A stretch of 48,588 nucleotides of DNA from an uncultured archaeon (lineage in GTDB: Archaea > Asgardarchaeota > Thorarchaeia > Thorarchaeales > Thorarchaeaceae): positions 1 through 48,588 of the forward strand of contig CAZSWP010000031.1 in assembly GCA_964610875.1 (NCBI GenBank), in the 5' to 3' direction. Every line of letters starts with the position of its first letter. Positions within the stretch are counted from its first letter, which is position 1. Below are positions 37,230 through 47,463 of this stretch, piece by piece. The position numbers were made by a program, and so were the translations under genes. The notes beneath the pieces were generated by a model. The model was not told the origin of the DNA and searched no databases. It worked only from the letters and a program-made list of their open reading frames with translations.

Positions 37230-38489
37230 TTAAAGAAAAATTGTAGTCCAATTTAGAAACGCTGTAACGGCATAATGGTCAGAAGCTGAATCAGCAGGTA
37301 CTGAATCGACAACCGTTGAATTCAATAACATGCCATCAAAGAAGGAGTTTACAATCAGGTAATCGATTCGAATTGAAGTATATGCATCTCGATGACCAAA
37401 AGTATAGCCGGCGTCATCTGGGTTGAGTGTTCTGAATATGTCAGTGTAATTATGAATCTCAGAACTATATTGGCCATATGTATCATTATCAGAGTCTAGC
37501 ATCATTGTAAGTGGACCATAACCAAGGGTTCTATCCCATTGTGGCGCGAGTGAACCTACATCTGTAGGAGAGTAAGAATTGAGGTCTCCGAGGTACATGA
37601 TTGGTACATCACCAAGATTGTCCATATAATTGATGATTCCTTCTGTTTCTCTTTCCCTTCGGTATTCGTTATTCTCGCCATCAGAAGCCTTCAGGTGGGT
37701 TCCTATCACATGAATATCTGTACCATTGATATCTATTACAGCATCAATGAAATCATGAGTGACTTGGTATTCAGAATCATCATCAAGTGGAACTGTCGCA
37801 ATCTGAATGAAGTCTTTGATTGGAAAACGACTAAGAATAGCTTCACCAGTTGTGGGAAAATATGAATTCTGCGCACAGTATGCTTCGTAGTGATTCTCAT
37901 TTTCAAAATACTGGTTGAATTCACTCACAGCTGCATTCAGGATTTCATTGGATTGGTCATCCCATGTACCAGTTTCTACGACAACCAAAATATCTGGATT
38001 CTCCGCTTTAACCACAGTTTTCCAATCATCATTCAATCCTGATTCCTTGACATTGTAAGCCATTATCTTCAAAATGCCGCTAAATGGTACAAGTACTTCC
38101 TCAAAGTTTTCTGTAGTGACTTCAATACTGACATCATCATCTTGTCCAGCACTATCTTCTACAAATACGCGAATAGAGTGTTTACCATCTGGAATCTCTG
38201 AGGTATTCCATTGATAATTTGAGGTGGAAGCGACGAGTATACCATCAATGTAAATATCTGGAGTAGGATTTTCTTCATCTGAAACACTTACATTAACTAG
38301 TACGATTCCTGAAAGAATGTCATCTTCTTCCGGATTCAATATAGAAACTTCTGGAGGTAAGTCCATAGGAGTTGTATCAGGGACATTCTGATTATTCAAA
38401 ATAACAACAATCAATATTGCTGATACAATCATTGCAATGAGAACGATGACAATAGCAAGTTTCTTTGAATCCATAACAGCTTTCTCCAT
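37230..38489 (-). CDS. Membrane-anchored extracellular endonuclease/exonuclease/phosphatase (EEP) with Ig-like domain
   Basis: N-terminal TM; Ig-like domain (YQWNTSEIPDGKHSI); MAYNV, PDILVVVE, GTHLK, LGDLNS, RIDY and SDHYAV motifs. Confidence 0.88.
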   Translation of the reverse strand: MEKAVMDSKKLAIVIVLIAMIVSAILIVVILNNQNVPDTTPMDLPPEVSILNPEEDDILSGIVLVNVSVSDEENPTPDIYIDGILVASTSNYQWNTSEIPDGKHSIRVFVEDSAGQDDDVSIEVTTENFEEVLVPFSGILKIMAYNVKESGLNDDWKTVVKAENPDILVVVETGTWDDQSNEILNAAVSEFNQYFENENHYEAYCAQNSYFPTTGEAILSRFPIKDFIQIATVPLDDDSEYQVTHDFIDAVIDINGTDIHVIGTHLKASDGENNEYRRERETEGIINYMDNLGDVPIMYLGDLNSYSPTDVGSLAPQWDRTLGYGPLTMMLDSDNDTYGQYSSEIHNYTDIFRTLNPDDAGYTFGHRDAYTSIRIDYLIVNSFFDGMLLNSTVVDSVPADSASDHYAVTAFLNWTTIFL

Positions 38490-38646
38490 ATATTCGCATT
38501 CTACGACATCTTAGATAATAAACACAGTGAAAGGGAAGATATCACATTGATTTTAGGTTTTGCAAGAAAAGGGAATGGAGGACCTTAGTATCAAAAAACT
38601 CATTCAAATCAAGATACATGGTATTTTTGACTAAAGATATCTTTTT

Positions 38647-38678
38647 GAGGGGTTCAAAACTGAACCCTCTATTTTTTA
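38647..38678 (+). terminator. Hairpin followed by a T-run in a long intergenic region
   Basis: GAGGGGTTCA-AAAC-TGAACCCTCT then ATTTTTT on the + strand. Confidence 0.4.
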
Positions 38679-38815
38679 TAAATTGCAATAAATAACATCA
38701 TATTTCAAACTAAACTACATAACCACAATTATGGCAATGTGGTTTTATATTGTATTCTTTTTTGTTGTAGCAGATTATTTGTATTATCAATAAATCTCGT
38801 TGAATGTCTTTTAAT

Positions 38816-39781
38816 CTAAATGGAAAGATATTCTATTAAACCCAATAGATAGGTATCAACATCTCTACCTTTTGAGTATGTATCCACAAAAGGGGTTTCC
38901 ACAAACTTACCAGCAATCTCACCGAGCATAACACCCGATTTCCCTGCCTTTATACATTCTACTGCATATGCACCAAGTTTCGTAGCAAGAATTCTATCTT
39001 GTCTTGTCGGATTCCCACCACGTTGAATATAGCCTAGAACGGATACTCGACAATTCTCTCCCACTAAACCAGACATCTTACGGCTGATTTCCATTGCGTC
39101 TCCAGCTTCATCACCTTCAGCAACAATGACAAATGCAAAGTTCTTTCCTCTACGTCTATTTTCAATGATGCTCCTAGCTAATGATTCGATGTTTGTTTCA
39201 GTTTCTGGTACAAGTATAGCTTCAGCACCACAGGAAACTCCTACATGAATAGCTATGTCACCTGAATGTCTTCCCATGACTTCAATCAAAAAGATGCGGT
39301 CGAAGGATTGTGCAGTGTCCCGTATTTTGTCAACAGCATCAATGGCATTATTAACAGCAGTATCAAATCCAATTGTAAAATCAGTTCCATAAACATCGTT
39401 ATCAATGGTTCCTGGTAGACCTATTAGTAGACCATCCCAGAATTTGGATAGTGCCTCTAATGCTTGCATGGTCCCATTCCCCCCTATTGCTACAAGTGCA
39501 TGGAAGTTATGTTCTTGCAAAATCCTTGCTGCTTTTTTTTGACCTTCCTCTGTTCTAAATTCTTTAGACCTACCTGTTGTAAGAACAGTACCGCCTCTGT
39601 GAATCACATTGGCAACGGATCTTGCTTCCATAAGTTGGAATTTCTCATCCAAAATTCCTTGTAGGCCACCAACTATACCCCATGGTTTTAGGTCTTTACA
39701 AATTCCAACTCGGACAATCGCACGTACAGCCGCATTCATCCCAGGACTGTCGCCACCACTCGTAAGAACACCAATTTTCAT
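38816..39781 (-). CDS. pfkA: ATP-dependent 6-phosphofructokinase (bacterial PfkA type)
   Basis: LTSGGDSPGMNAA, IGGNGT, PGTIDND, TIGFDTA, EVMGRHSG and LGYIQRGG motifs. Confidence 0.95.
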   Translation of the reverse strand: MKIGVLTSGGDSPGMNAAVRAIVRVGICKDLKPWGIVGGLQGILDEKFQLMEARSVANVIHRGGTVLTTGRSKEFRTEEGQKKAARILQEHNFHALVAIGGNGTMQALEALSKFWDGLLIGLPGTIDNDVYGTDFTIGFDTAVNNAIDAVDKIRDTAQSFDRIFLIEVMGRHSGDIAIHVGVSCGAEAILVPETETNIESLARSIIENRRRGKNFAFVIVAEGDEAGDAMEISRKMSGLVGENCRVSVLGYIQRGGNPTRQDRILATKLGAYAVECIKAGKSGVMLGEIAGKFVETPFVDTYSKGRDVDTYLLGLIEYLSI

Positions 39782-39839
39782 ACTAAATGCATTACAATAC
39801 TCATAGATAAGGCCAACGAGTCTGCATCAATTTCGTCAT

Positions 39840-40379
39840 TCACTTCTTTTCTGCAAAGAAATGTAGATAATCAGTTGGAGGAATATCTTTGTCCATCTCT
39901 CTAAGTAGAGCAATAATCTGTCCACGATGGTGAAATGTATGAAATACATACTGCATCAAGAAGTCTATTCTATCTAATGTGATTGGATTCTCTGAAATAT
40001 GAGAAGCTACAACTTCCTCGTCTTTCTGCTGGATAAGTCCTGAAGCTAATCTCTCTTCGAGAGATCGGCATTTGTTTATCAATTCATTCCTATCTGAATT
40101 CTCAATAGATTCGTAGACGGACATATCAGATTACTTGTCAAGGATATTGATACATGTTTGAAGAGCGAACGTGATATGTAAAGAGAGAGTTTGAACACTC
40201 TTTGAAGATATCATCTCAGAATATTCTGTATCGCTGAGATTCAAAATCAAATTTCTGATTTTCTCACAAACCCATAGTTGATATTGACCTATGTTTTCAA
40301 AAAATATAGAAATCCCAGAATGTGCTAGATAATACACCATATCTATATTATGGATACAACAAAGATAGTTTGCAGACAT
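39840..40379 (-). pseudogene. DinB/YfiT-family protein split by an in-frame TAA
   Basis: The two track ORFs share a frame: ...LDK-TAA(40133-40131)-SDMSVY... Together they give YQLW...SVQTLSLH...HTFHHRGQI..LLR, the DinB His motifs. The true start is uncertain. Confidence 0.75.
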
Positions 40380-40380
40380 A

Positions 40381-41343
40381 CTAAAGCAGATTTCGTACTC
40401 TCAAATAGAAAAGAATTGGAAGTGTGGTCATCATACTGATTCCAAGAATAATCATAAATCCAAATGGATTTTCTTCCAAGGGTAGGCTCAAATTCATCCC
40501 GTACAATGATGCAATCAAAGTAGGCACACTAACAAGTACAGATATCGAAGTGAGTGTCTTGATTACTGCATTTAGGTTATGTCCTACTAAGCTATCATAC
40601 CCATCTACTGCATTTTGTATGAGTGCTCTATAGATTATACTCAACTCCATCTGCTGCTGCAGGTCAACTTCTAATTCTTCTAATCTGTCTTCATCCAGAA
40701 TCATCTTTCCAAATCTTTTCATTGTCTTTAGTCTGCGTAAAACTCGCATATTACCTTTTAACGCGGCATCCATGAAGATTGCATCACGTGAGAGCTGAAA
40801 GAATCTATCCAATCTTGAAGGATACAGTTCTCGTCTAAATCCCTCTTCAGCTTCGTTTATTGTAGCCTCAATTATATCAAGAGTTGTTTCAAATGAATGA
40901 ATGACAATCTCAAGTTGATTGTATATTATTTCACTTGCGCTTGTACTTCTTCGAATAACGTATCGCAGTCTTTTCTTCCTAAGGGGTATGACATCATGCT
41001 GTAGGATGATAATATCTCTTCCATTAGTGAAGATACCTATTGGTGATGTAGAATAGTTTCTATCACTCCCTGGTATATACAAATCGATAGGGACTCGTAG
41101 AACAAGCATGGCGAATTTATCTTCTAACTGTAATCTGGGTCGCTCATCCATGTCCAAGAGGTCTTGTAGATCTTCAAGGTCAACTTCGAATTTGGTTGAG
41201 AGGGTACCAAAATATTCAGGTTGAATTCCAACCATCTCTATCAGTAATGGTTCATCTGGTGCTTCTGCTAAGCTTGGATATTTGATTCCACTTTCTAATG
41301 CCATTATTGTAAAACTGAATCGCTCTTGGTTGTTGACGCTCAA
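40381..41343 (-). CDS. corA: CorA-family Mg2+/Co2+ transporter
   Basis: DERPRL, LNAVIKTLT and PTLIASLYGMN (GMN motif), followed by two C-terminal TM helices. Confidence 0.92.
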   Translation of the reverse strand: MSVNNQERFSFTIMALESGIKYPSLAEAPDEPLLIEMVGIQPEYFGTLSTKFEVDLEDLQDLLDMDERPRLQLEDKFAMLVLRVPIDLYIPGSDRNYSTSPIGIFTNGRDIIILQHDVIPLRKKRLRYVIRRSTSASEIIYNQLEIVIHSFETTLDIIEATINEAEEGFRRELYPSRLDRFFQLSRDAIFMDAALKGNMRVLRRLKTMKRFGKMILDEDRLEELEVDLQQQMELSIIYRALIQNAVDGYDSLVGHNLNAVIKTLTSISVLVSVPTLIASLYGMNLSLPLEENPFGFMIILGISMMTTLPILFYLRVRNLL

Positions 41344-41467
41344 TCTTTTTACCTCTCGTTATCTTATGAAAACAATAGCACATTGTATCTATTTGGCTTG
41401 CAATATTACAATATGCTACAACGCAGTGCCGCATTAGGAAGGAAAGGAAACTTTACGCTTTCCTTTT

Positions 41468-42784
41468 CTAAATTACCACACTCTCTATCTCAACTTTTCT
41501 ATTTTTGATGTCAAGAGTATCAGATGGTACCTTCTTTCCACCATAGAGTTCAACTTCAGGAAGGTCTCTATATAGTGCATCAGCAATACGTGCCATGGCA
41601 TCTGCTTTCATTATTCCAGAACCACTGGCTCCATTGACTACTATTACACCATTCTTCTTATACACATATGGTATAGCATCTTGAGAGTAGCAATATCCAC
41701 CTGCCCAGCTGTTCACGGGTCGTGTAGTCGCAAATGCTGGAATATATTTGGATAAGACGGGAAACATACTATTTTCATAATACGAACTCTCTGGAACAAG
41801 GATATCATCTGTCTGTATGTATTTGTATGCTCTTCCAAGTTTATCTCCACAGCCAATCCAAAATCCTTGTTCCTGCATCTGTGGTCTGAAATAAACTCCA
41901 GCAGAAGGAAGAATGACAAATGGGCACATGTTCATCTCATTAAATCCTTCAGTGTTTAGGAGATTCTTTAATTCTGCATTATTTCCTGCATGGACTATGA
42001 ATAATTGTCGCTTCTTACATTTCGTCCGACTATCCATACCAATCGGATCGAGAAGCTCATTTGCCCATGCTCCAGTTGCTATGACAGTTACTTCTGCTTT
42101 GAAGTCACCTTTGTTAGTTTTGACACCTGTTACTTTCTTATGTTGCCAGACATAAGGTTCACCTGGAAGTTCGAGTTCAGGGTCAGCAGAAAGAATTAGA
42201 GATTCAACATCAACCCCAAATCGTGGTTTGACATGAGTTATTTTATTGAATTCTTCGAGATAATATTCTACAAGCCTTGTTGGATCAAGTACTCCACAAT
42301 CACCACCAAAGAGACCGTAGTCTATTTGTTGGAGATTCATTAGTTCTGCTTCATCATCATTTTGGAAGTCAACATTCAGTGTCGGCATCATTTGCTTGAG
42401 TTCTGCTTTGTTGTATACCTTGTAATGAATACCGGATTTCTCCATCCGCTTCATCCACATCTGAACACTATCATGTTCAAATTGTGACTTACTGAGTAAC
42501 CAAAGATACCCACATTTCTCAAAGAGTAGTTCATATCCAATTTCATTTTGTACATAATCGATGAACTTCACTGTCGTATCAGTAAGCATTTGATTTGTTG
42601 AGGACGCAAACATATTCCTGACAGCGGCGGCACTCATTGCAGTATTTGCCTGTCCTGCTGCAAGATATCTATCTATGAGAAGTATCCTCGTTTCGGGATT
42701 ATTCTTCTGAAGATAATAGGCAGTTGCTACACCAATAACACCGGCTCCGATGACAATGATATCGAAACTCTCAGAATCATTCAC
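41468..42784 (-). CDS. FAD-dependent oxidoreductase, DAO/sarcosine oxidase-beta/proline dehydrogenase family
   Basis: DIIVIGAGVIG, VIATGAWA, WAGGY and GASGSGIMKA motifs; GTG start after AGGAGGT. Confidence 0.85.
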   Translation of the reverse strand: MNDSESFDIIVIGAGVIGVATAYYLQKNNPETRILLIDRYLAAGQANTAMSAAAVRNMFASSTNQMLTDTTVKFIDYVQNEIGYELLFEKCGYLWLLSKSQFEHDSVQMWMKRMEKSGIHYKVYNKAELKQMMPTLNVDFQNDDEAELMNLQQIDYGLFGGDCGVLDPTRLVEYYLEEFNKITHVKPRFGVDVESLILSADPELELPGEPYVWQHKKVTGVKTNKGDFKAEVTVIATGAWANELLDPIGMDSRTKCKKRQLFIVHAGNNAELKNLLNTEGFNEMNMCPFVILPSAGVYFRPQMQEQGFWIGCGDKLGRAYKYIQTDDILVPESSYYENSMFPVLSKYIPAFATTRPVNSWAGGYCYSQDAIPYVYKKNGVIVVNGASGSGIMKADAMARIADALYRDLPEVELYGGKKVPSDTLDIKNRKVEIESVVI

Positions 42785-42939
42785 CTATATGACCTCCTGA
42801 ACAGTGGCTTCGCGTTCAGCTTGACCTACCTTTAATATTTTGGATTGTGTGCTAATCATCAGGCTAAATTAAGTACAGATGTGAGAGCTTAAAATACTTA
42901 GAATCACATGTTTGCACCATCATATGCTTGGTGAATTAC

Positions 42940-43575
42940 ATGCAGACCTCGTCAGAGATAAACGAAGTGATTGTGCATTTACGACGTGGTTTGAGAGACA
43001 AAGTTATTGCATGGTTTGAGAGTCAACAACTTTCACGACAGGAAACTGTTATAATGATTGAGAGAGTTCTTAATGAATTAGATATACTCTGGATGAAAAA
43101 CGAAGTCCCACTCACAGTCATATATTTGGCTTCCCGAATCATTGAAGATTTGCTGCAAAAGTGGAAGGAAGTTGAGGATTTTGACAGTTCTAAAAAAGGC
43201 GTCATCGTAATTGGTACATTGGTCGATGACTATCACTCACTTGGTAAGAACATAACTAAACGTATTCTATCACCGTTTTTTGAAATTCATGATCTTGGAT
43301 GCGATGTTGGCCCAGAAGCCTTCGTTCAATTTGCGAAATCGAAGAGAGCAGATTTTATCGCTATATCTGCCTTGATGTTGAATTCGGTAGTTCAAATTCG
43401 TGATTTGAGAAAGATGATTGATAGCACATCTTGGGATAAGAAACCACACTTATTGGTTGGTGGAGCACCTTTTACACTGGACTCTGAATTGTATACATTT
43501 GTTGGTGCAGATTGTTACTCAAAATCTGCATTAGATGCGGCAAATACATGCTTATCAATGCTTGGAGGGATATAA
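42940..43575 (+). CDS. Corrinoid (B12)-binding protein, methyltransferase cognate type
   Basis: DDYHSLGKNI (DxHxxG), HDLGCDV, ISALM, LVGGAPF and VGAD motifs; ATG 42940 after GGTGA. Confidence 0.9.
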   Translation: MQTSSEINEVIVHLRRGLRDKVIAWFESQQLSRQETVIMIERVLNELDILWMKNEVPLTVIYLASRIIEDLLQKWKEVEDFDSSKKGVIVIGTLVDDYHSLGKNITKRILSPFFEIHDLGCDVGPEAFVQFAKSKRADFIAISALMLNSVVQIRDLRKMIDSTSWDKKPHLLVGGAPFTLDSELYTFVGADCYSKSALDAANTCLSMLGGI

Positions 43576-44592
43576 TTGGAACCAATAGAACGAGTCACAA
43601 TTGCTTTAAAACATAAGGAACCGGATAAAGTACCTATTTTTCTGTTTATGATTATACATGGTGCAAAAATTTTGAACATTGGTTTTGATGAATATTTCTC
43701 AAAAGCTGAAAACGTTATGAGAGGACAGATTGCACTTCAAGAAAAATATCATCATGACTGCTTGTATCCATTCTTCTATGCAGCAAAAGAGTATGAAGCC
43801 TTTGGTGGGCTACGTAGAATAATGAAACACGGTTCTCCTGAATCTGGACCACCGATTTTTTCATCAGCAGAAGAACTTTTGGAATCAGAACTTCCATCAG
43901 TACAGAATCCTCACTTGGAGGAAATAGCAAAGGCTCAAAGATTACTCTATGAGCAAAAAGGAGATTCACTTCCAATAGTAAATTCAATAATAGCGCCTCT
44001 ATCATTGCCGGTAATGCTCTTAGGTTTTGAAAAATGGATAGAATATATCGTTGATACACCGGAGATTGCTAAGGATGTAGTACGACACCTTATTGATTAT
44101 TCAATCGATTTTAGTAACTATCTAATTGAAAACCATGCTGCGGCAGTTGTATACTTTAATCCTGTAGCTTCAAACCAAATGATACGCTTTCCTGAATATA
44201 TTGAGATTTCATATGAGTTTGATAGGAAATACTACTCCAAAGTGAAAGGAGCTGCTGTTTATGCAATGGCTGGTGGGAGAAGCACAGAACTCATGGATGT
44301 TTTAGCAAACAAAGTTGGAATCCACGGAGTAGTGGTATCACATGACGATAATCTTGCTGAATTGAAACAAAAGTATGGAAAGAGACTAATTTTAGTAGGT
44401 AACCTAGAAAATATCTCTATGATAAGATGGTCCGAAGAAGAAACTGAACAAAGAGTGAAAAATTGTATCAATCAAGCAGCCAAGGGCGGAGGTTATATCA
44501 TTGCCGATCACCATGGAGAAATTCCGTTTAATGTTAGTGATTCTACTCTTCATGGATTAGTAAAAGCAAGGGACAAATGGGGAGTGTATTGA
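43576..44592 (+). CDS. Uroporphyrinogen decarboxylase / MtaA-CmuA family protein
   Basis: MEPIERV..AL..KEPDKVP, EYEAFG, APLSL...LLG.E, LVGNL and GGGYII motifs. Confidence 0.85.
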   Translation: MEPIERVTIALKHKEPDKVPIFLFMIIHGAKILNIGFDEYFSKAENVMRGQIALQEKYHHDCLYPFFYAAKEYEAFGGLRRIMKHGSPESGPPIFSSAEELLESELPSVQNPHLEEIAKAQRLLYEQKGDSLPIVNSIIAPLSLPVMLLGFEKWIEYIVDTPEIAKDVVRHLIDYSIDFSNYLIENHAAAVVYFNPVASNQMIRFPEYIEISYEFDRKYYSKVKGAAVYAMAGGRSTELMDVLANKVGIHGVVVSHDDNLAELKQKYGKRLILVGNLENISMIRWSEEETEQRVKNCINQAAKGGGYIIADHHGEIPFNVSDSTLHGLVKARDKWGVY

Positions 44593-44593
44593 A

Positions 44594-45853
44594 TTGTCCA
44601 AAGATGGAATTCTGACAGATGAGCAAGCAAGAAAAATCAAAGAAGAAATGATTGAACTTGAGAAGATTTCACAATACTACTCGCAGTTACAATATCTCTT
44701 GAAAGAACTACTAGAAAATCCCGACCCAAATGAAGTACTTGCATCAATTCTTAAAGAGATTAAAACTTTGGTTGGTGGAGAGCCATCGCTATTAATCAAA
44801 TATGATTCGGGATTATGGGAAAAATTCTCACTTGATTGTTTTAAGAAGAATAGGCGATGGTGCAATCCTATGGATTTTGATTCCGAATTGTACGAAATTG
44901 CATTAGAATTGGGAGAAATCACTTGGGTAAAGGCTAATGAAGAATGTCATGTTGACAAGAATCTAGAAGAACTCCTCCGGGAAGATGGTCGCAATAGCAC
45001 AGTGATGTTAGCATTGACTGGTGATACACCCATTGTGCTTGATGTAAGAGATGTCATAACCCCAGAATACTCCTCAAAATATTTGGAAGCAATCAATTCA
45101 TTCTTTACACCGTTGGTTCTGTCTGTGAAACAATCAGCTCTATTACAAGGTTTTCAAAAAGAGAAGGAAAAGTCCGATCTTCTGCTGGAACTTTTATTTC
45201 ATGATATCCGCGGATTCATTGGTAATATCCAGATATCTTTGGAGTTGCTTCAATACAAATGGAATGGAACACCGGATCTTCTCAAATTTCTCAACGATGC
45301 CAATGAACAGACTGGAGCTGCAAATGATTTACTAGAAAGAGTACGAAAAGTGCTCATGATGAAATCTAGGAGAGATGAATTTGAACCTCGATTACTCGTT
45401 GCTTTAGTGAAACGTGGAATAGAACTCGCCACTTTACAGTTTCTTAGAAAGAACCTGATGATATCAATGGACATTGATAAGGATTATCAAGATATTGAGG
45501 TTGAGGGGGATGAACTCCTGATTGAAGTCTTTGTTAACATAATTTCAAATGCAATAAAATACACTGAAAAAACGGAAAAACGTGTGCAGATTGATGTTGG
45601 TCCCTGGGAATCTCAAAAGGAATATGTACTTATCAAAATCACTGATTGGGGAATAGGAATACCCGATACTGAGAAACCCTCTGTTTTTGGAAAGTTTACT
45701 ACAGAGAGTTCAAAAGGAATCGGTCTGGGACTGAACTTATCTTTAAGGGTGATTGAAAACAACCATGGGTATTTCTGGTTCGAGAACCGAGTGCCAGATG
45801 ATCACAAACAGGGTACTATTGTATGTATTGCCCTTCCTATTCATCAGTCTTGA
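44594..45853 (+). CDS. Cytoplasmic sensor histidine kinase (GAF-like input plus HisKA/HATPase)
   Basis: LFHDIRG (H box), EVFVNIISNAIKY (N), DWGIGIP (G1), VFGKF (F) and GIGLGL (G2); no TM segments. Confidence 0.9.
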   Translation: MSKDGILTDEQARKIKEEMIELEKISQYYSQLQYLLKELLENPDPNEVLASILKEIKTLVGGEPSLLIKYDSGLWEKFSLDCFKKNRRWCNPMDFDSELYEIALELGEITWVKANEECHVDKNLEELLREDGRNSTVMLALTGDTPIVLDVRDVITPEYSSKYLEAINSFFTPLVLSVKQSALLQGFQKEKEKSDLLLELLFHDIRGFIGNIQISLELLQYKWNGTPDLLKFLNDANEQTGAANDLLERVRKVLMMKSRRDEFEPRLLVALVKRGIELATLQFLRKNLMISMDIDKDYQDIEVEGDELLIEVFVNIISNAIKYTEKTEKRVQIDVGPWESQKEYVLIKITDWGIGIPDTEKPSVFGKFTTESSKGIGLGLNLSLRVIENNHGYFWFENRVPDDHKQGTIVCIALPIHQS

Positions 45854-45871
45854 ATCAATTATTCTTCTGTT

Positions 45872-46690
45872 CTACTCCGTTTCTGGCGGCACCAGAATTT
45901 GCAACCTATCATTGAACATCTCATTGAGGAATATTCTAGATACAATGATTCCACAGATGACACATGCTAAAAATATCATAATGAAAACTATCACCTGATA
46001 CAGAGCGGCTACGATTACATTGGCACCGCCTATGATTAGACCACTCATGAATCCAGGAATTGTTACAATTCCTAGAGCAGCGTACCTGTTTAAATTGGGT
46101 AAGAGTCCCGAACGGATTGATTCGGTAATGGTCATCTTTGTTGCTTCATATGATGATGCACCCAGGGCTAATGCAGTTTCAAGTAAGGAACGTTGTTTCT
46201 GTGCAAGGGACCACATCCTATCTAATACCAAAGATGCGAGATTCATTGTATTTCCAATGACCATTCCACCCATTGGAATGAGATACTCTCCAGTTGGAGG
46301 TATAATACCCAATATCACCACTAATAACATTACAAAGAGACCTCCAACAAGGATTCCTGGAAATGCAGTCTTAGTAACACCTGGAATATGATCGAGGTTC
46401 GATTTAGCTGTGTGTGCTGCAAATGTACACATAAAGATAAGGACTACAAAAATAATGATTAGATTTTGGAGAGCAAATATTTCATAGAGAATCAAAGCCA
46501 ACAAGAGTATCTGTATGGTTCCTCTTATTGTTCCCACAATTAATTTGCTTTCAATACCAAGACCCTGCCATCTGGAAACAACAATAAGTAGTATTAGAAG
46601 CACCATTGTCAGGGTATAACTCTGGAAACCTGCAATCACTTCCTCAGGAATTTTTTCTAGTAATTGCCAGAGGTCAAAATCGAACTGCAT
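45872..46690 (-). CDS. fetB: ABC transporter permease FetB/YbbM (UPF0014)
   Basis: RGTIQILLL, YLIPMGGMVIGNTMN, ETALALGAS and GIVTIPGFMSGLIIGG...AALYQ motifs. Confidence 0.9.
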   Translation of the reverse strand: MQFDFDLWQLLEKIPEEVIAGFQSYTLTMVLLILLIVVSRWQGLGIESKLIVGTIRGTIQILLLALILYEIFALQNLIIIFVVLIFMCTFAAHTAKSNLDHIPGVTKTAFPGILVGGLFVMLLVVILGIIPPTGEYLIPMGGMVIGNTMNLASLVLDRMWSLAQKQRSLLETALALGASSYEATKMTITESIRSGLLPNLNRYAALGIVTIPGFMSGLIIGGANVIVAALYQVIVFIMIFLACVICGIIVSRIFLNEMFNDRLQILVPPETE

Positions 46691-47373
46691 TATTGTGACA
46701 CCTCGTTATTTTTCATCTTTATCTCTACCACACGTGATGTGAATCGTTGAGCTTGTTTTTTATCATGTGTTACGATCATTACGCCAATTTGACGCTCTTG
46801 GATAACCGATTCTATTGATGATTCAACAATATGAATGGACTCTTCATCTAGTGCAGAAGTTGGCTCATCTAAAAGGAGTAGTTTTGGTTCAAGAAGTAGA
46901 GCACGTGCTATTGCAATTCGTTGTTTTTCACCACCGGATAGATTTCCAGCAACTCTGTCTAGATAATCCTTATTCAAGTTCACTTCTTCAAGTACTTGGA
47001 TCAGAGTATTTTCATCATAGTCTATTCCATGAATCTTCAATGCCCATTCAAGATTATCTCTTACAGTCGCTGGAAACATTGATGCTTCTTGCGGAACAAG
47101 GACCATGTTCATTCTGAGTTCTTTTGGGTCCCATTCAGCGATGTCTCGTCTCATAAACTTCACATGACCAGTAGTGGGAGTAAGCAAATCAATAGCAATT
47201 CTGAGTAGTGTGCTCTTACCAGAACCGCTCGGTCCAGTGATACCAATCGTGTCATTTTCTTTAACTTCAACTGATACTCCTTCAAACAAGATTCTATCTT
47301 CGAATTTCATTGAGATATCATGCATCTCCAAAAGGGTTGAATTTTCCACGCAATACACCGGACCCGGAATCAT
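46690..47373 (-). CDS. fetA: ABC transporter ATP-binding protein FetA/YbbL
   Basis: GPSGSGKST, LSGGEKQRIAIARAL and LLDEPTSALD motifs; stop overlaps the fetB start. Confidence 0.88.
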   Translation of the reverse strand: MIPGPVYCVENSTLLEMHDISMKFEDRILFEGVSVEVKENDTIGITGPSGSGKSTLLRIAIDLLTPTTGHVKFMRRDIAEWDPKELRMNMVLVPQEASMFPATVRDNLEWALKIHGIDYDENTLIQVLEEVNLNKDYLDRVAGNLSGGEKQRIAIARALLLEPKLLLLDEPTSALDEESIHIVESSIESVIQERQIGVMIVTHDKKQAQRFTSRVVEIKMKNNEVSQ

Positions 47374-47463
47374 AGCTCAAGCTTAAATAGCTCTTGATAG
47401 AGGTACATCAAGATAACTTTAATCTAGGTTTAGTGTAGCGAGGAGTCTGAGGAGTTATACCAA

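Noticed and set aside
40131-40133. Selenocysteine or pyrrolysine read-through in the DinB gene
   Set aside because: The stop is TAA, not TGA or TAG.
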